A program made the translations under genes and the position numbers. Below, one piece after another: positions 10,669 to 19,524 of a DNA stretch of 64,000 nucleotides; within the stretch, counting starts at the first letter, position 1; each line of letters begins with the position of its first letter. The stretch spans positions 124,001-188,000 of IMG/VR virus record IMGVR_UViG_3300022868_000009; one strand, given 5' to 3'. The notes under the pieces are model-generated. The model saw nothing but the letters and a program-made list of their open reading frames with translations, did no database searches and had not been told where the DNA came from.

Positions 10669-11655
10669 ATGAAAAAAGAAATATCTGATTATATTATATG
10701 TAAAGTATGTGGTGAAAAAGTAAGAAGAATTTATGGTGCACATTTAAAGAAACATGGATTAACAAGCAAAGAATATAAAGAAATGTTTCCAGATGAACCA
10801 TTAACAACAAAAAATGATAATTTAAAAACAAGTAAAAATTCAGGATTGCATATGAAACAAGAAAAATATAAGAAAATGTTTTCTGAAAAAATAAAAGGAG
10901 AAAAAAATCCAAATCATAAAACAAAAACTACTGAAAAAGACAGGAAATCAAGAAGTCCATTTTCAAAAGATTTTAAAAAATATAAAAATGAACAAGAATT
11001 AATAGAATTTAGAGAAGAAGCATTAAAAGATAGAAAACACACAACTAGATTAGATTATTATTTAAAACAAGGGCTTGATATGGAAACATCCAAAAAAATG
11101 TTGAAAAAAAGACAAACAACATTTACTTTAGATATTTGTGTAGAAAAATATGGCAAAGAAAAAGGTATAGTAATTTGGAAAAATAGACAAGTAAAATGGC
11201 AAGAAAATTTATTATCTAATGGTAATTTAAAATGTGGATATTCTAAAATAAGTCAAGAACTGTTCTATGGTATATTAGAATATTATGATTATGAAAATAA
11301 AAAAGATATTTATTTTGCTACAAAAAATCAAGAATTTTTCATATCCAAAAAAGGAACAGACACAGATCCACGAATTTTTTTACAATACGATTTTTGTGAC
11401 ATGAAATCAAAAAAGATAATAGAATATAACGGTGATAGATATCATGCAAATCCGAAGATATATGAATCAAAAGACAATCCACATCCATTTAGAAAAAATA
11501 TAACATCACAAGAAATTTGGAATAAAGATAAAGAGAAAACAAGGATAGCGCAACAGGAAGGTTTTGATGTTTTAACTATATGGGATAGTGATTATAAAAA
11601 AGAAAAAGAAAAAATTATTCAGAAATGTCTGAATTTTTTAAATTTAAAAATATGA
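10669..11655 (+). CDS. Free-standing endonuclease between split-intein halves
   Basis: CKVC..HLKKHG zinc finger; YDFCD..IIEYNGDRYHANP..LTIWDS; paralog of 4617..5789. Confidence 0.8.
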   Translation: MKKEISDYIICKVCGEKVRRIYGAHLKKHGLTSKEYKEMFPDEPLTTKNDNLKTSKNSGLHMKQEKYKKMFSEKIKGEKNPNHKTKTTEKDRKSRSPFSKDFKKYKNEQELIEFREEALKDRKHTTRLDYYLKQGLDMETSKKMLKKRQTTFTLDICVEKYGKEKGIVIWKNRQVKWQENLLSNGNLKCGYSKISQELFYGILEYYDYENKKDIYFATKNQEFFISKKGTDTDPRIFLQYDFCDMKSKKIIEYNGDRYHANPKIYESKDNPHPFRKNITSQEIWNKDKEKTRIAQQEGFDVLTIWDSDYKKEKEKIIQKCLNFLNLKI

Positions 11656-13952
11656 AAGTAACAATTAAACATATTATTATATTTCTCATTCAATTAATTG
11701 AATATTATGAATTTAGAAATATTGATAAAGATGAAAATAAACCAAATAAAAAGATAGTAGATATTATACCAATAAATAAATATGTAAAAACTGACTATGG
11801 TAATACACCTGTTTCTGAAATAGTTAGAACAATACCATTACAGAGATATGAATTATTATTAGAAAATGATGATAAAATTGAATGCGCAGACACACATATA
11901 ATATATTGTAAAAATCATACTCCAAAATTAGTTTTAGATTTAACCGAAAATGATGAAGTTATTACAATATCTGGACTATCAAAAATCAAACATTTTAAAA
12001 AACTAAGAGGAAAATTATCAATGTTTGATTTAACTATTGATGGACCAGAACCAAGTTATTACACAAATAATATATTATCACATAATACAGTATCAGCTGC
12101 AATTGTTATTCTTCATTTTGTATTATTTAATAATGATAAAGGTTGTATGGTTGTTGCAAATAAAGGAACTACAGTTATAGAAATTATTGATAAAATAAAA
12201 TCTATTTATAAACATTTACCATTCTTCTTAAAAAGAGGTGTAATTAACTGGAATCAAAAATCTATAACATTTGATAATGGTTGTAGAATAAAATCAGAAA
12301 ATAGAACTAAAGAACCTGCTATTGGTTTTACAATCGACCTTTTGTATTTTGATGAGTTTGCAAAAGTACCATCTAACATAATTAGACCCTATTATGGATC
12401 CGCTGTTCCAACAGTATCATCAATCAAAAATTCAAAAATTATAATAACATCTACCCCAGATGGTTATAATTTATTCTACGAATTATTAACTGGTGCAGAA
12501 AAAGCCGAAGGAGATAAAGATAAGAACACATATGAATCCATGAGAGTATATTGGTGGCAAGTTAAAGGTAGAAGAGATACTAAACTTTATTTTAATAAAA
12601 AAATGTTATCTAAATATGGTGTTAAGGAAAGAGAAATTCTTCAAGAACTAGAATTATATGGATACACAATAACAAAAAGAAAAGAGGGTGAAAAATTAGT
12701 TCATATCATAGCATTTGATGAAGATAACGAAAAAACACACTTAGAAAAAATAAGATCAATAAGATTATTTGATAAATTACCTTTGGTTGAAATATGTAAT
12801 GTTACTAATTGGCAAGAAGAAGAAACTAAATTAGTTGGTGGTGAATCAATCTTCAAACAAGAATATGATATTCAATTTATAACAGGTGATAAGTTATTAT
12901 TTGATAGTATAACATTAGAAAGAATACAGAATGCTACAGAAAAATTTGAACATATTCCAATTCCTAATTTTGATAAAAGATTAGCCTTACCTTATGATAA
13001 ATTAGAATTTATTAAAGATAGACCAGATTTATTTGAGATAGAAGAAGTTAAAAAATATCATATGATGTTTTCTATTGATTTAGCTGAAGGTTTAGGTAGT
13101 GATTACACAGTTTTAAATATATTTAGATTATTACCAAAAGACAAAGTTATAATAGAAAAGAACAAACAGAAATTTACAAACATTTATGACTATTTCAAAC
13201 TAGAACAAGTTGGATTTTTTCATTGTAATTACTATTCAGTTAAAGAATTTGCACATTTATTGTATATGATTGCATATGAAATGTTTGATCCTGAAAAATG
13301 TAAAATATCTTTAGAATATAATACTTATGGTGGAGAATTATTAGCACATTTACCAAATGTATTTGAAGGTGATAATGATTATTTTGATGCCACATTTATT
13401 AGAACAAAACACAACCAAAATGATAAATATAGAAAAAAAGGTTTAAAAATAACAAAAGGCAATAAAGTTAAACTTGTTATAAAAGATTATCAAGATGCTA
13501 TTAAAAAACATAGTATAATAGTACATAATGCATTAAATATACTTGAAATGAAAGTTTTTAGTAAAAGAGAAACACCTTCTGGTGATTTTACATACCAATC
13601 AGAAACAGGAAATGATGATACCGTAATGTCATTAGTTAATTTAAGTGCTAGTTTAACATCAGTCCAATTCAAAGATATTGTTGATGATTATATTGCAACA
13701 GTACTAAATGATGAAGATAGAAGAATGATTGAAACAAATGTATCAGAATTTAGTGATGAAACTGTAGATTATAGTTCAGCTATATCAAGTTACAAAAAAG
13801 TATATCTAGATAAATCTAAAAAACCTGGAGTTGGAAATAGTTTTAAATCAAGTCCGTTCGAACAACCAAATCCTTACCAAAAAAAAGGAAATCCATTTGA
13901 AAATAATCCATTTGGTAAAGGTACAACTGGTGTTAGTCCTTTCGGAAAATAA
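11625..13952 (+). CDS. Terminase large subunit C-terminal fragment fused to long C-intein (probable start 11652; intein ends 12086)
   Basis: CADTH block B, YYTNNILSHN/TVSAA; Walker B LLYFDEFA, ITSTPDG, nuclease DLAEGLGSD and NDD. Confidence 0.9.
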   Translation: MSEFFKFKNMKVTIKHIIIFLIQLIEYYEFRNIDKDENKPNKKIVDIIPINKYVKTDYGNTPVSEIVRTIPLQRYELLLENDDKIECADTHIIYCKNHTPKLVLDLTENDEVITISGLSKIKHFKKLRGKLSMFDLTIDGPEPSYYTNNILSHNTVSAAIVILHFVLFNNDKGCMVVANKGTTVIEIIDKIKSIYKHLPFFLKRGVINWNQKSITFDNGCRIKSENRTKEPAIGFTIDLLYFDEFAKVPSNIIRPYYGSAVPTVSSIKNSKIIITSTPDGYNLFYELLTGAEKAEGDKDKNTYESMRVYWWQVKGRRDTKLYFNKKMLSKYGVKEREILQELELYGYTITKRKEGEKLVHIIAFDEDNEKTHLEKIRSIRLFDKLPLVEICNVTNWQEEETKLVGGESIFKQEYDIQFITGDKLLFDSITLERIQNATEKFEHIPIPNFDKRLALPYDKLEFIKDRPDLFEIEEVKKYHMMFSIDLAEGLGSDYTVLNIFRLLPKDKVIIEKNKQKFTNIYDYFKLEQVGFFHCNYYSVKEFAHLLYMIAYEMFDPEKCKISLEYNTYGGELLAHLPNVFEGDNDYFDATFIRTKHNQNDKYRKKGLKITKGNKVKLVIKDYQDAIKKHSIIVHNALNILEMKVFSKRETPSGDFTYQSETGNDDTVMSLVNLSASLTSVQFKDIVDDYIATVLNDEDRRMIETNVSEFSDETVDYSSAISSYKKVYLDKSKKPGVGNSFKSSPFEQPNPYQKKGNPFENNPFGKGTTGVSPFGK

Positions 13953-14000
13953 ACTTTTCAATTTTTCGGAAATATATGTTTAAAATATAGAATTTTATAA

Positions 14001-14789
14001 ATGGCTAAAAGGATTGTAACAAAAAACAATGTTTTTAAAATGAATGTTAATGAACAATTACCACTCTTTTTAAAAATGATTCAAGATTTAACTCAAATAG
14101 ATGATAGAATCTTATTTAAATTTAATAATGATAAATTATTAATATATAGCATGGTTGGTCAAGATACTAATATACATGCATTTAAATCACATATTATAGA
14201 TATGTGTGAAATATTTTCACTTGTTAAAAATGAATTTGAAACAGATATTAAATATACTGTAAAAAATGCCAAGAAATTTTTCAAAAGTATCCAAGGGTTA
14301 ATAAATTACAAAGAAGATATTGATTTAAAATTAGTTTATAATGAAGATAATTTTGGAGAAAAATTAATGATTAAAAATAGTATTTATAAAAGAGAATTTG
14401 CTGGAGATGATCCAACAGTTTTCAAAAAAGATATTAATATTGAAGCCATTAATGATGCCATGGATACAGATTTATCATCATTTTCTTTTAAATTAACAAA
14501 AGATAAATATGACCATATTAAAAAGGAATCTGGAATTGATACAGAAAATGAAATTTATTTCTTAAATGTTCGTGACGGTGCCGTTTCATTAGGAGAAAAT
14601 TCATGGGAATTAAAGGTGGATGAAGGAGTAGAAACAATAGATAGTACAATAAGTTTTCCTAAAAAATACTTTAATAGTATTAATTTTGATAAAGATATAG
14701 ATGAATTAACTATATGGGTTTTTGATATGTTTATATTAGTAATAGGAGAAAACACAAATTTAATGATATCAATAGAATTAACAATTTAA
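14001..14789 (+). CDS. Probable sliding clamp (gp45/PCNA-like)
   Basis: 262 aa, acidic, alternating beta/alpha pattern, T4-like context; no diagnostic motif recognised. Confidence 0.45.
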   Translation: MAKRIVTKNNVFKMNVNEQLPLFLKMIQDLTQIDDRILFKFNNDKLLIYSMVGQDTNIHAFKSHIIDMCEIFSLVKNEFETDIKYTVKNAKKFFKSIQGLINYKEDIDLKLVYNEDNFGEKLMIKNSIYKREFAGDDPTVFKKDINIEAINDAMDTDLSSFSFKLTKDKYDHIKKESGIDTENEIYFLNVRDGAVSLGENSWELKVDEGVETIDSTISFPKKYFNSINFDKDIDELTIWVFDMFILVIGENTNLMISIELTI

Positions 14790-14885
14790 AGTAAAAATTA
14801 ATAATAAATTTTAATCTTTTAGAAAAATTCCATATATTTGTATTAGTTAAAATTAATATATAAATAAAAATAAAAAATAGAAATT

Positions 14886-15233
14886 ATGACGTAGAACAAA
14901 AAACTTTATGTAATTACAAGAAATGACTTACCATCCGGTACAAAAGCCGTTCAGGCAGGTCACAGTTTAGCTCAGTTCATCCTCGAACACTTAGAAATAT
15001 CACAACTGTGGCACAAAGAATCCCAGTATTTAATTTATTTATCAATAATTGATGAAAATGCTTTATTGCGTTTAATTGAAAAATGCAATAAATGTAATCT
15101 TAATATATCCGTATTTAAAGAACCAGATATAAATAATGAGATAACATCTATTACAATTGAGCCAGGAAAAAAATCTAAGCGATTAGTTGGTCATTTACCA
15201 TTATTATTTAAAAAAGAAAGGATAACAGTATGA
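14886..15233 (+). CDS. Pth2-family peptidyl-tRNA hydrolase-like protein with in-frame TAG at codon 3 (absent from ORF track)
   Basis: MT*NKKLYVITRNDLPSGTKAVQAGHSLAQF...FKEPDINNEITSITIEP...HLPLL; TGA overlaps the next ATG. Confidence 0.75.
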
Positions 15234-15646
15234 AAACATTAGAAAAAGAAGAATACACAGCAATATTTAATGGATATGAAACATTATTATTTAAATTAGG
15301 AAAGTTAACAAGTATCTTACATGAAACAGATCCTGAAAATTATGTAGAAATGACAAATATATCAGATATTGATTATTATACTAGAAAAAATGATATTAGA
15401 TACATAGAATTGACTGGAGAAGAATATCATGTTGGTTGTGGTGATTATGAAAATGATTATTGTGAGTTTCCTGAAGAATGGATCTGGACAGACCAAGATG
15501 ATGTGGTGAAAATTGTAATAGAAAAAAGAATTGAAAGAGAAGAATTGAAAAAAAGGGAAAAAGAATCACACGAAGAAAAGAAACAAATAGAATTAGAAAA
15601 CAAAGAACTAGAATTATTAAAAAAATTAAAAACAAAATATGAATAA
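15230..15646 (+). CDS. Hypothetical protein
   Basis: ATGA-coupled to the Pth2-like ORF. Confidence 0.65.
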   Translation: MKTLEKEEYTAIFNGYETLLFKLGKLTSILHETDPENYVEMTNISDIDYYTRKNDIRYIELTGEEYHVGCGDYENDYCEFPEEWIWTDQDDVVKIVIEKRIEREELKKREKESHEEKKQIELENKELELLKKLKTKYE

Positions 15647-16010
15647 CTTTAAAAATAAATATGAACGATTACAATTCAACCTTGAAAACCAAGGCTGGGG
15701 TAAAATGAAATGTTTTGGGAACTCAATGTTACCAAAATTAGATAACCCAACAATGAATACATATATTCCACAAGATGATTATGAAGTTGGTGATATAGTA
15801 TTCTGTAAAGTAAAAGGGAAATTTATAGATTCTCATTTAATTACACAGATAAATGATAAAAAAGGCTATATGATTAGTAATAACAAAGGACATCAAAATG
15901 GATGGAGTAAACGAATTTTTGGTCGTGTAGTTAGAGCCGTTAATGAAAGTAAAGATGAGAAATGGTTTAATTTCACAGAAGAAAAATTAAATAACATAAC
16001 TAAAAAATAA
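15639..16010 (+). CDS. S24/S26 peptidase-like protein
   Basis: GNSMLPKL, GDIVFCKV, SHLI (Ser/His arrangement of S26-type peptidases). Confidence 0.6.
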   Translation: MNNFKNKYERLQFNLENQGWGKMKCFGNSMLPKLDNPTMNTYIPQDDYEVGDIVFCKVKGKFIDSHLITQINDKKGYMISNNKGHQNGWSKRIFGRVVRAVNESKDEKWFNFTEEKLNNITKK

Positions 16011-16051
16011 AAGGAGATAATATGAAATAGATTATTAGAGGACCCACGTAA
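16011..16051 (+). other. SD-led minigene MK*IIRGPT* with TAG at codon 3
   Basis: AAGGAG (16011-16016) ataat ATG AAA TAG ATT ATT AGA GGA CCC ACG TAA. Confidence 0.55.
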
Positions 16052-16103
16052 GTTGTTGTCAACACAAAAATTTAGTAAAACTAACAAAAATTAATTAATA
16101 ACA

Positions 16104-16598
16104 ATGTTTAAAAAAATAAAAAATATTATGAAAACAGAAACAATGACAACAACAGAAATTAACAAAGATTCACATCATGCAACAGATTTACAAACTAGAT
16201 TTGAAGTATTATTAGAAGAAATTAAAGATTTTCTTAATAAAACACATATTGAAAAAAATGATAAACCAATAATTAACACAGTTTATCAATTTACAGGTGA
16301 TCTTTCAAAATTAAAACCAAAAGTACAACACTTAAATAATGCAGGTATTTGTAGAAGAAGAGTTTTGAAAAGAATGTTAAGAAAAGTTGAACATAAAATG
16401 TCTTTAATAAACATTAATAGATTATTTCACTTTATTGAAGTTTATATTATAGAAAAGAAATCTACTGTAAAAGTAACTTGTGAAAAAGATAGAAAAATTC
16501 AAATGTTAAGAAAAGAATGGAAAAAATTACAATCTAAATCAGATTTAGCTTTAAAAGAGTATAAAGAAGAAAAAGGTGATTTCTACAAACAAATATAA
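16104..16598 (+). CDS. Hypothetical basic protein
   Basis: ORF ending KEEKGDFYK. Confidence 0.65.
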   Translation: MFKKIKNIMKTETMTTTEINKDSHHATDLQTRFEVLLEEIKDFLNKTHIEKNDKPIINTVYQFTGDLSKLKPKVQHLNNAGICRRRVLKRMLRKVEHKMSLININRLFHFIEVYIIEKKSTVKVTCEKDRKIQMLRKEWKKLQSKSDLALKEYKEEKGDFYKQI

Positions 16599-16628
16599 AC
16601 AAAAATAGTGCTGTTTTCAGCACTAATT

Positions 16629-16700
16629 GGTCCCGTAGCTCAGTGGAAGAGCAGAAGCTTCTAACCCTTTGTGTCGCTGGTTCAAATCCAGCCGGGACCG
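16629..16700 (+). tRNA. tRNA with CUA anticodon in canonical register (putative amber suppressor; Arg-TCT only if read out of register)
   Basis: GGTCCCG/CGGGACC, GCTC/GAGC, A26, GAAGC-TTCTAAC-CCTTT, GTGTC, GCTGG-TTCAAAT-CCAGC, G73. Confidence 0.75.
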
Positions 16701-17003
16701 CTATAACCTCATTATATTGGTTGTTCTATTATACTTAATAGTTTCTTTTTGTCTATTTACCCAATTAATTAATTCAGACTTAATTTCTTTATATCTTTCT
16801 TCTGTCATTTTATCATCATAAAACTCACCTTGTTCAATTTGATGATCATCAGATAACCAAAAATCGGAAACTAACTCATTTAATGTCTCCTCTAATTGTC
16901 TAAAATTAGTTTCAACACCATTCAAATAATATTTCTTTTGATTTACAGCCCATTCTTCATCTTCTTGAGTTACATTTTCATTATATTTCTTTAAATGTCT
17001 CAT
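16701..17003 (-). CDS. Putative capsid-internal protein
   Basis: MRHLKKYNE N-terminus. Confidence 0.6.
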   Translation of the reverse strand: MRHLKKYNENVTQEDEEWAVNQKKYYLNGVETNFRQLEETLNELVSDFWLSDDHQIEQGEFYDDKMTEERYKEIKSELINWVNRQKETIKYNRTTNIMRL

Positions 17004-17305
17004 TAAAAAGTATTTTTTATTACTCTACCAAATGGTTCTTTTTTATCAGTTGAATTGTACCAATTAAATAGATCACTCATATATTGAATAGTAAATTGAT
17101 TGATCAAATCAGCCCACTTTATACCTATATCAAATCCTTTTAAAAAACCATATTTCTTTTTAAGTTCTTGTAATTCAAAAAAAATATCATCAAAATCCAT
17201 ATTATCAGATAACATTTTAGAGATTATATCTAATTTTTCTTCTACTTTTTTCTCACTCTTTTCATCAAGATCAAAATTTTCTTTAAATGTTTTTAAATGT
17301 TTCAT
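17003..17305 (-). CDS. Putative capsid-internal protein
   Basis: MKHLKTFKE N-terminus. Confidence 0.6.
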   Translation of the reverse strand: MKHLKTFKENFDLDEKSEKKVEEKLDIISKMLSDNMDFDDIFFELQELKKKYGFLKGFDIGIKWADLINQFTIQYMSDLFNWYNSTDKKEPFGRVIKNTF

Positions 17306-17320
17306 TATTTTTCATTATTT

Positions 17321-17560
17321 TTATAGAGTTGTACCTATTAACAATCCGCTTAGAAATATTAATATATTAGTAAGACCTAGATTATTATTATTTGTATCAA
17401 ATATAGATCGACTTTTACTATAAATAGTTATTCTACCGTCATGTCCTTGAGTCGCACCAATCGTTAAATCATAACCTCTATCATTTAACACTTTAAGTAT
17501 TAATGATATCTTTGGTTTGTCACCGTTACCATTCTCATTATATTTCTTAAGATGATTCAT
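17321..17560 (-). CDS. Putative capsid-internal protein
   Basis: MNHLKKYNE N-terminus. Confidence 0.55.
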   Translation of the reverse strand: MNHLKKYNENGNGDKPKISLILKVLNDRGYDLTIGATQGHDGRITIYSKSRSIFDTNNNNLGLTNILIFLSGLLIGTTL

Positions 17561-17561
17561 A

Positions 17562-18002
17562 TTAAATAACTTTTAACCAGTAATGTCCATTTTTAGTTGT
17601 AAGTTCACTATCAGGATATCTTTTTTGGATATTTTTAATATCAATATCTGAAACTTCTTCAAGCTCACCTAAGTCTAGTAAATCTTTGGTAGATTTAACT
17701 TTAAGTTTAGAATACTCGTTATCGATCTTTAAAACGTATTCAGTATCCTCTTCGTTTTTCTCATTCACTTTTTTTTTAAAAAGATCTTTGCCATATTGAG
17801 TTGTACCATTTCCCTTAGACCAACCCTTTTCGATGTCTTTGTAAAACTTCTTAGCTTTGGCTTTGTCCTTACCAAAAGATCTAGGACTTTTTACGCCATA
17901 AAGGTCAAGTAAATTAGAGAAAAATTCTCTATATTCTTTTTGAAGAGGAGATTCTTTTCTCTTTTCGTTTAAGAATGATTCATATTGTTTTAAATGTTTC
18001 AT
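17562..18002 (-). CDS. Putative capsid-internal protein
   Basis: MKHLKQYESFLNE N-terminus. Confidence 0.6.
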   Translation of the reverse strand: MKHLKQYESFLNEKRKESPLQKEYREFFSNLLDLYGVKSPRSFGKDKAKAKKFYKDIEKGWSKGNGTTQYGKDLFKKKVNEKNEEDTEYVLKIDNEYSKLKVKSTKDLLDLGELEEVSDIDIKNIQKRYPDSELTTKNGHYWLKVI

Positions 18003-18021
18003 TTCAATATATTAGTTTTTA

Positions 18022-18354
18022 TTATTCTACTGTTAAATAATCAATTAATTCATCAAATAATTCTGCTTTATCTGGAAATAGTCCTTTATATAGATCACTA
18101 TCGGGAACATCAAATGAATATTCTCCACCCTCATCATTTATAATGATTGGGTCATAATCATCATCTTCTAAAGTATACTTAATTACACCATCACTTTTAT
18201 TAATATCACCAACTGTAAAATGAGTTAATTCTTCTAATTCATTAGAGAATTGTAATTCTTGTGGTGTTAAAGAATCACCCCTGTCTTGTAACATATCATT
18301 AGAATAGTCAGATAATCCAGGATGAAAATCTTCAAAAGTTTTTAAAAACCTCAT
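18022..18354 (-). CDS. Putative capsid-internal acidic protein
   Basis: MRFLKTFEDF N-terminus. Confidence 0.6.
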   Translation of the reverse strand: MRFLKTFEDFHPGLSDYSNDMLQDRGDSLTPQELQFSNELEELTHFTVGDINKSDGVIKYTLEDDDYDPIIINDEGGEYSFDVPDSDLYKGLFPDKAELFDELIDYLTVE

Positions 18355-18359
18355 AATTA

Positions 18360-18896
18360 TTAATCTTTTTTATATTTCAAAATATAAGTACATTCACCAT
18401 CACTACAACTCATAAATGCTAGTAAGTTTGGATATTCTTTACTTATTTTTGTCATAACTGCTCTATCAGAATCACATTCTTTACTATAAGGAACTGTTAT
18501 TGTATAAGCAATAACCTTATCAGTCATAATTTGTTGTCTATTAGGTATTATTCTTTTACCATTTTCATCAGTTTGATTTAAACCTTTTAATTGGTCTTGA
18601 TTTTTCTTAATAATTTCTTTTAACACAGGAATACCAAATGTTTTTCTTCTTGAAAGAACTTTCGGTTTATTTGCTCTTTCCTCTTTGGCTCTAATCTTAT
18701 CAGCAGCTCTATCTTTTACTTCTTGAAAATATGCATTTTGAGCATCACCTGGTTCTTCTTTACCAAAAAGTTCTTCTTGTTGTGAACCGTATTTATAAAC
18801 CTTACCGTCTTCACCAACCCATTTAGCTTTCTTATTCCAACCTCTTGGACCAGTTGCCATTTCATTAAATTGTTCCCAGTTTTTTAATGTTTTCAT
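18360..18896 (-). CDS. Putative capsid-internal protein
   Basis: MKTLKNWEQFNE N-terminus. Confidence 0.6.
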   Translation of the reverse strand: MKTLKNWEQFNEMATGPRGWNKKAKWVGEDGKVYKYGSQQEELFGKEEPGDAQNAYFQEVKDRAADKIRAKEERANKPKVLSRRKTFGIPVLKEIIKKNQDQLKGLNQTDENGKRIIPNRQQIMTDKVIAYTITVPYSKECDSDRAVMTKISKEYPNLLAFMSCSDGECTYILKYKKD

Positions 18897-18915
18897 TGTT
18901 TAATTTTTTAATTTT

Positions 18916-19506
18916 TTAATAGCCATATTCTAACTTCATTTTCGTTAATACATATTCAGTAATCAAATCCCAAGTCTTAATTTCATCTAAATCTCCAATA
19001 CTAACTTTAATAGTTCTTGACAATTTTTCAGCCTTTGAACCATCAGTTGGTGGTTTAGTTGTTTTATAATCACCCGTATTTAATTCCAATATACAAATAT
19101 GATATCTTGATAAATTTCCTTTATCTACATGTAAAGATTTATCAATATCTAACTGTTTAACATTCGATAAAACTACACCAGCTTCTTCATATAATTCTCT
19201 TCTTATACAATTACCCACATTTTCATTAGATTCCATTGTACCTGAAATACAAGTTAAAAAATTAGTAACATTACTAAATCCCTTAACATCTTTATATTTT
19301 AATTGATAAGTTGGTATATATTCACTTCTTAATAATATAAAACCTTCATCTTTAAGTATAGGTAAAACTATGACTTTATCTGGTTCATCTTTTATATCCC
19401 AACCATCATGTTGAATAATACTTAACATTTTACCTTCATAAGGCTTAATCTGCTCCTCTTTTTCTTCTTTCTGTACTTGTTTACTATAACTGGTAAATTT
19501 TTGCAT
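18916..19506 (-). CDS. Nudix hydrolase (ADP-ribose pyrophosphatase-like)
   Basis: SGTMESNENVGNCIRRELYEEAG Nudix box. Confidence 0.85.
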   Translation of the reverse strand: MQKFTSYSKQVQKEEKEEQIKPYEGKMLSIIQHDGWDIKDEPDKVIVLPILKDEGFILLRSEYIPTYQLKYKDVKGFSNVTNFLTCISGTMESNENVGNCIRRELYEEAGVVLSNVKQLDIDKSLHVDKGNLSRYHICILELNTGDYKTTKPPTDGSKAEKLSRTIKVSIGDLDEIKTWDLITEYVLTKMKLEYGY

Positions 19507-19524
19507 TAATTTTAGACTTTCAGT

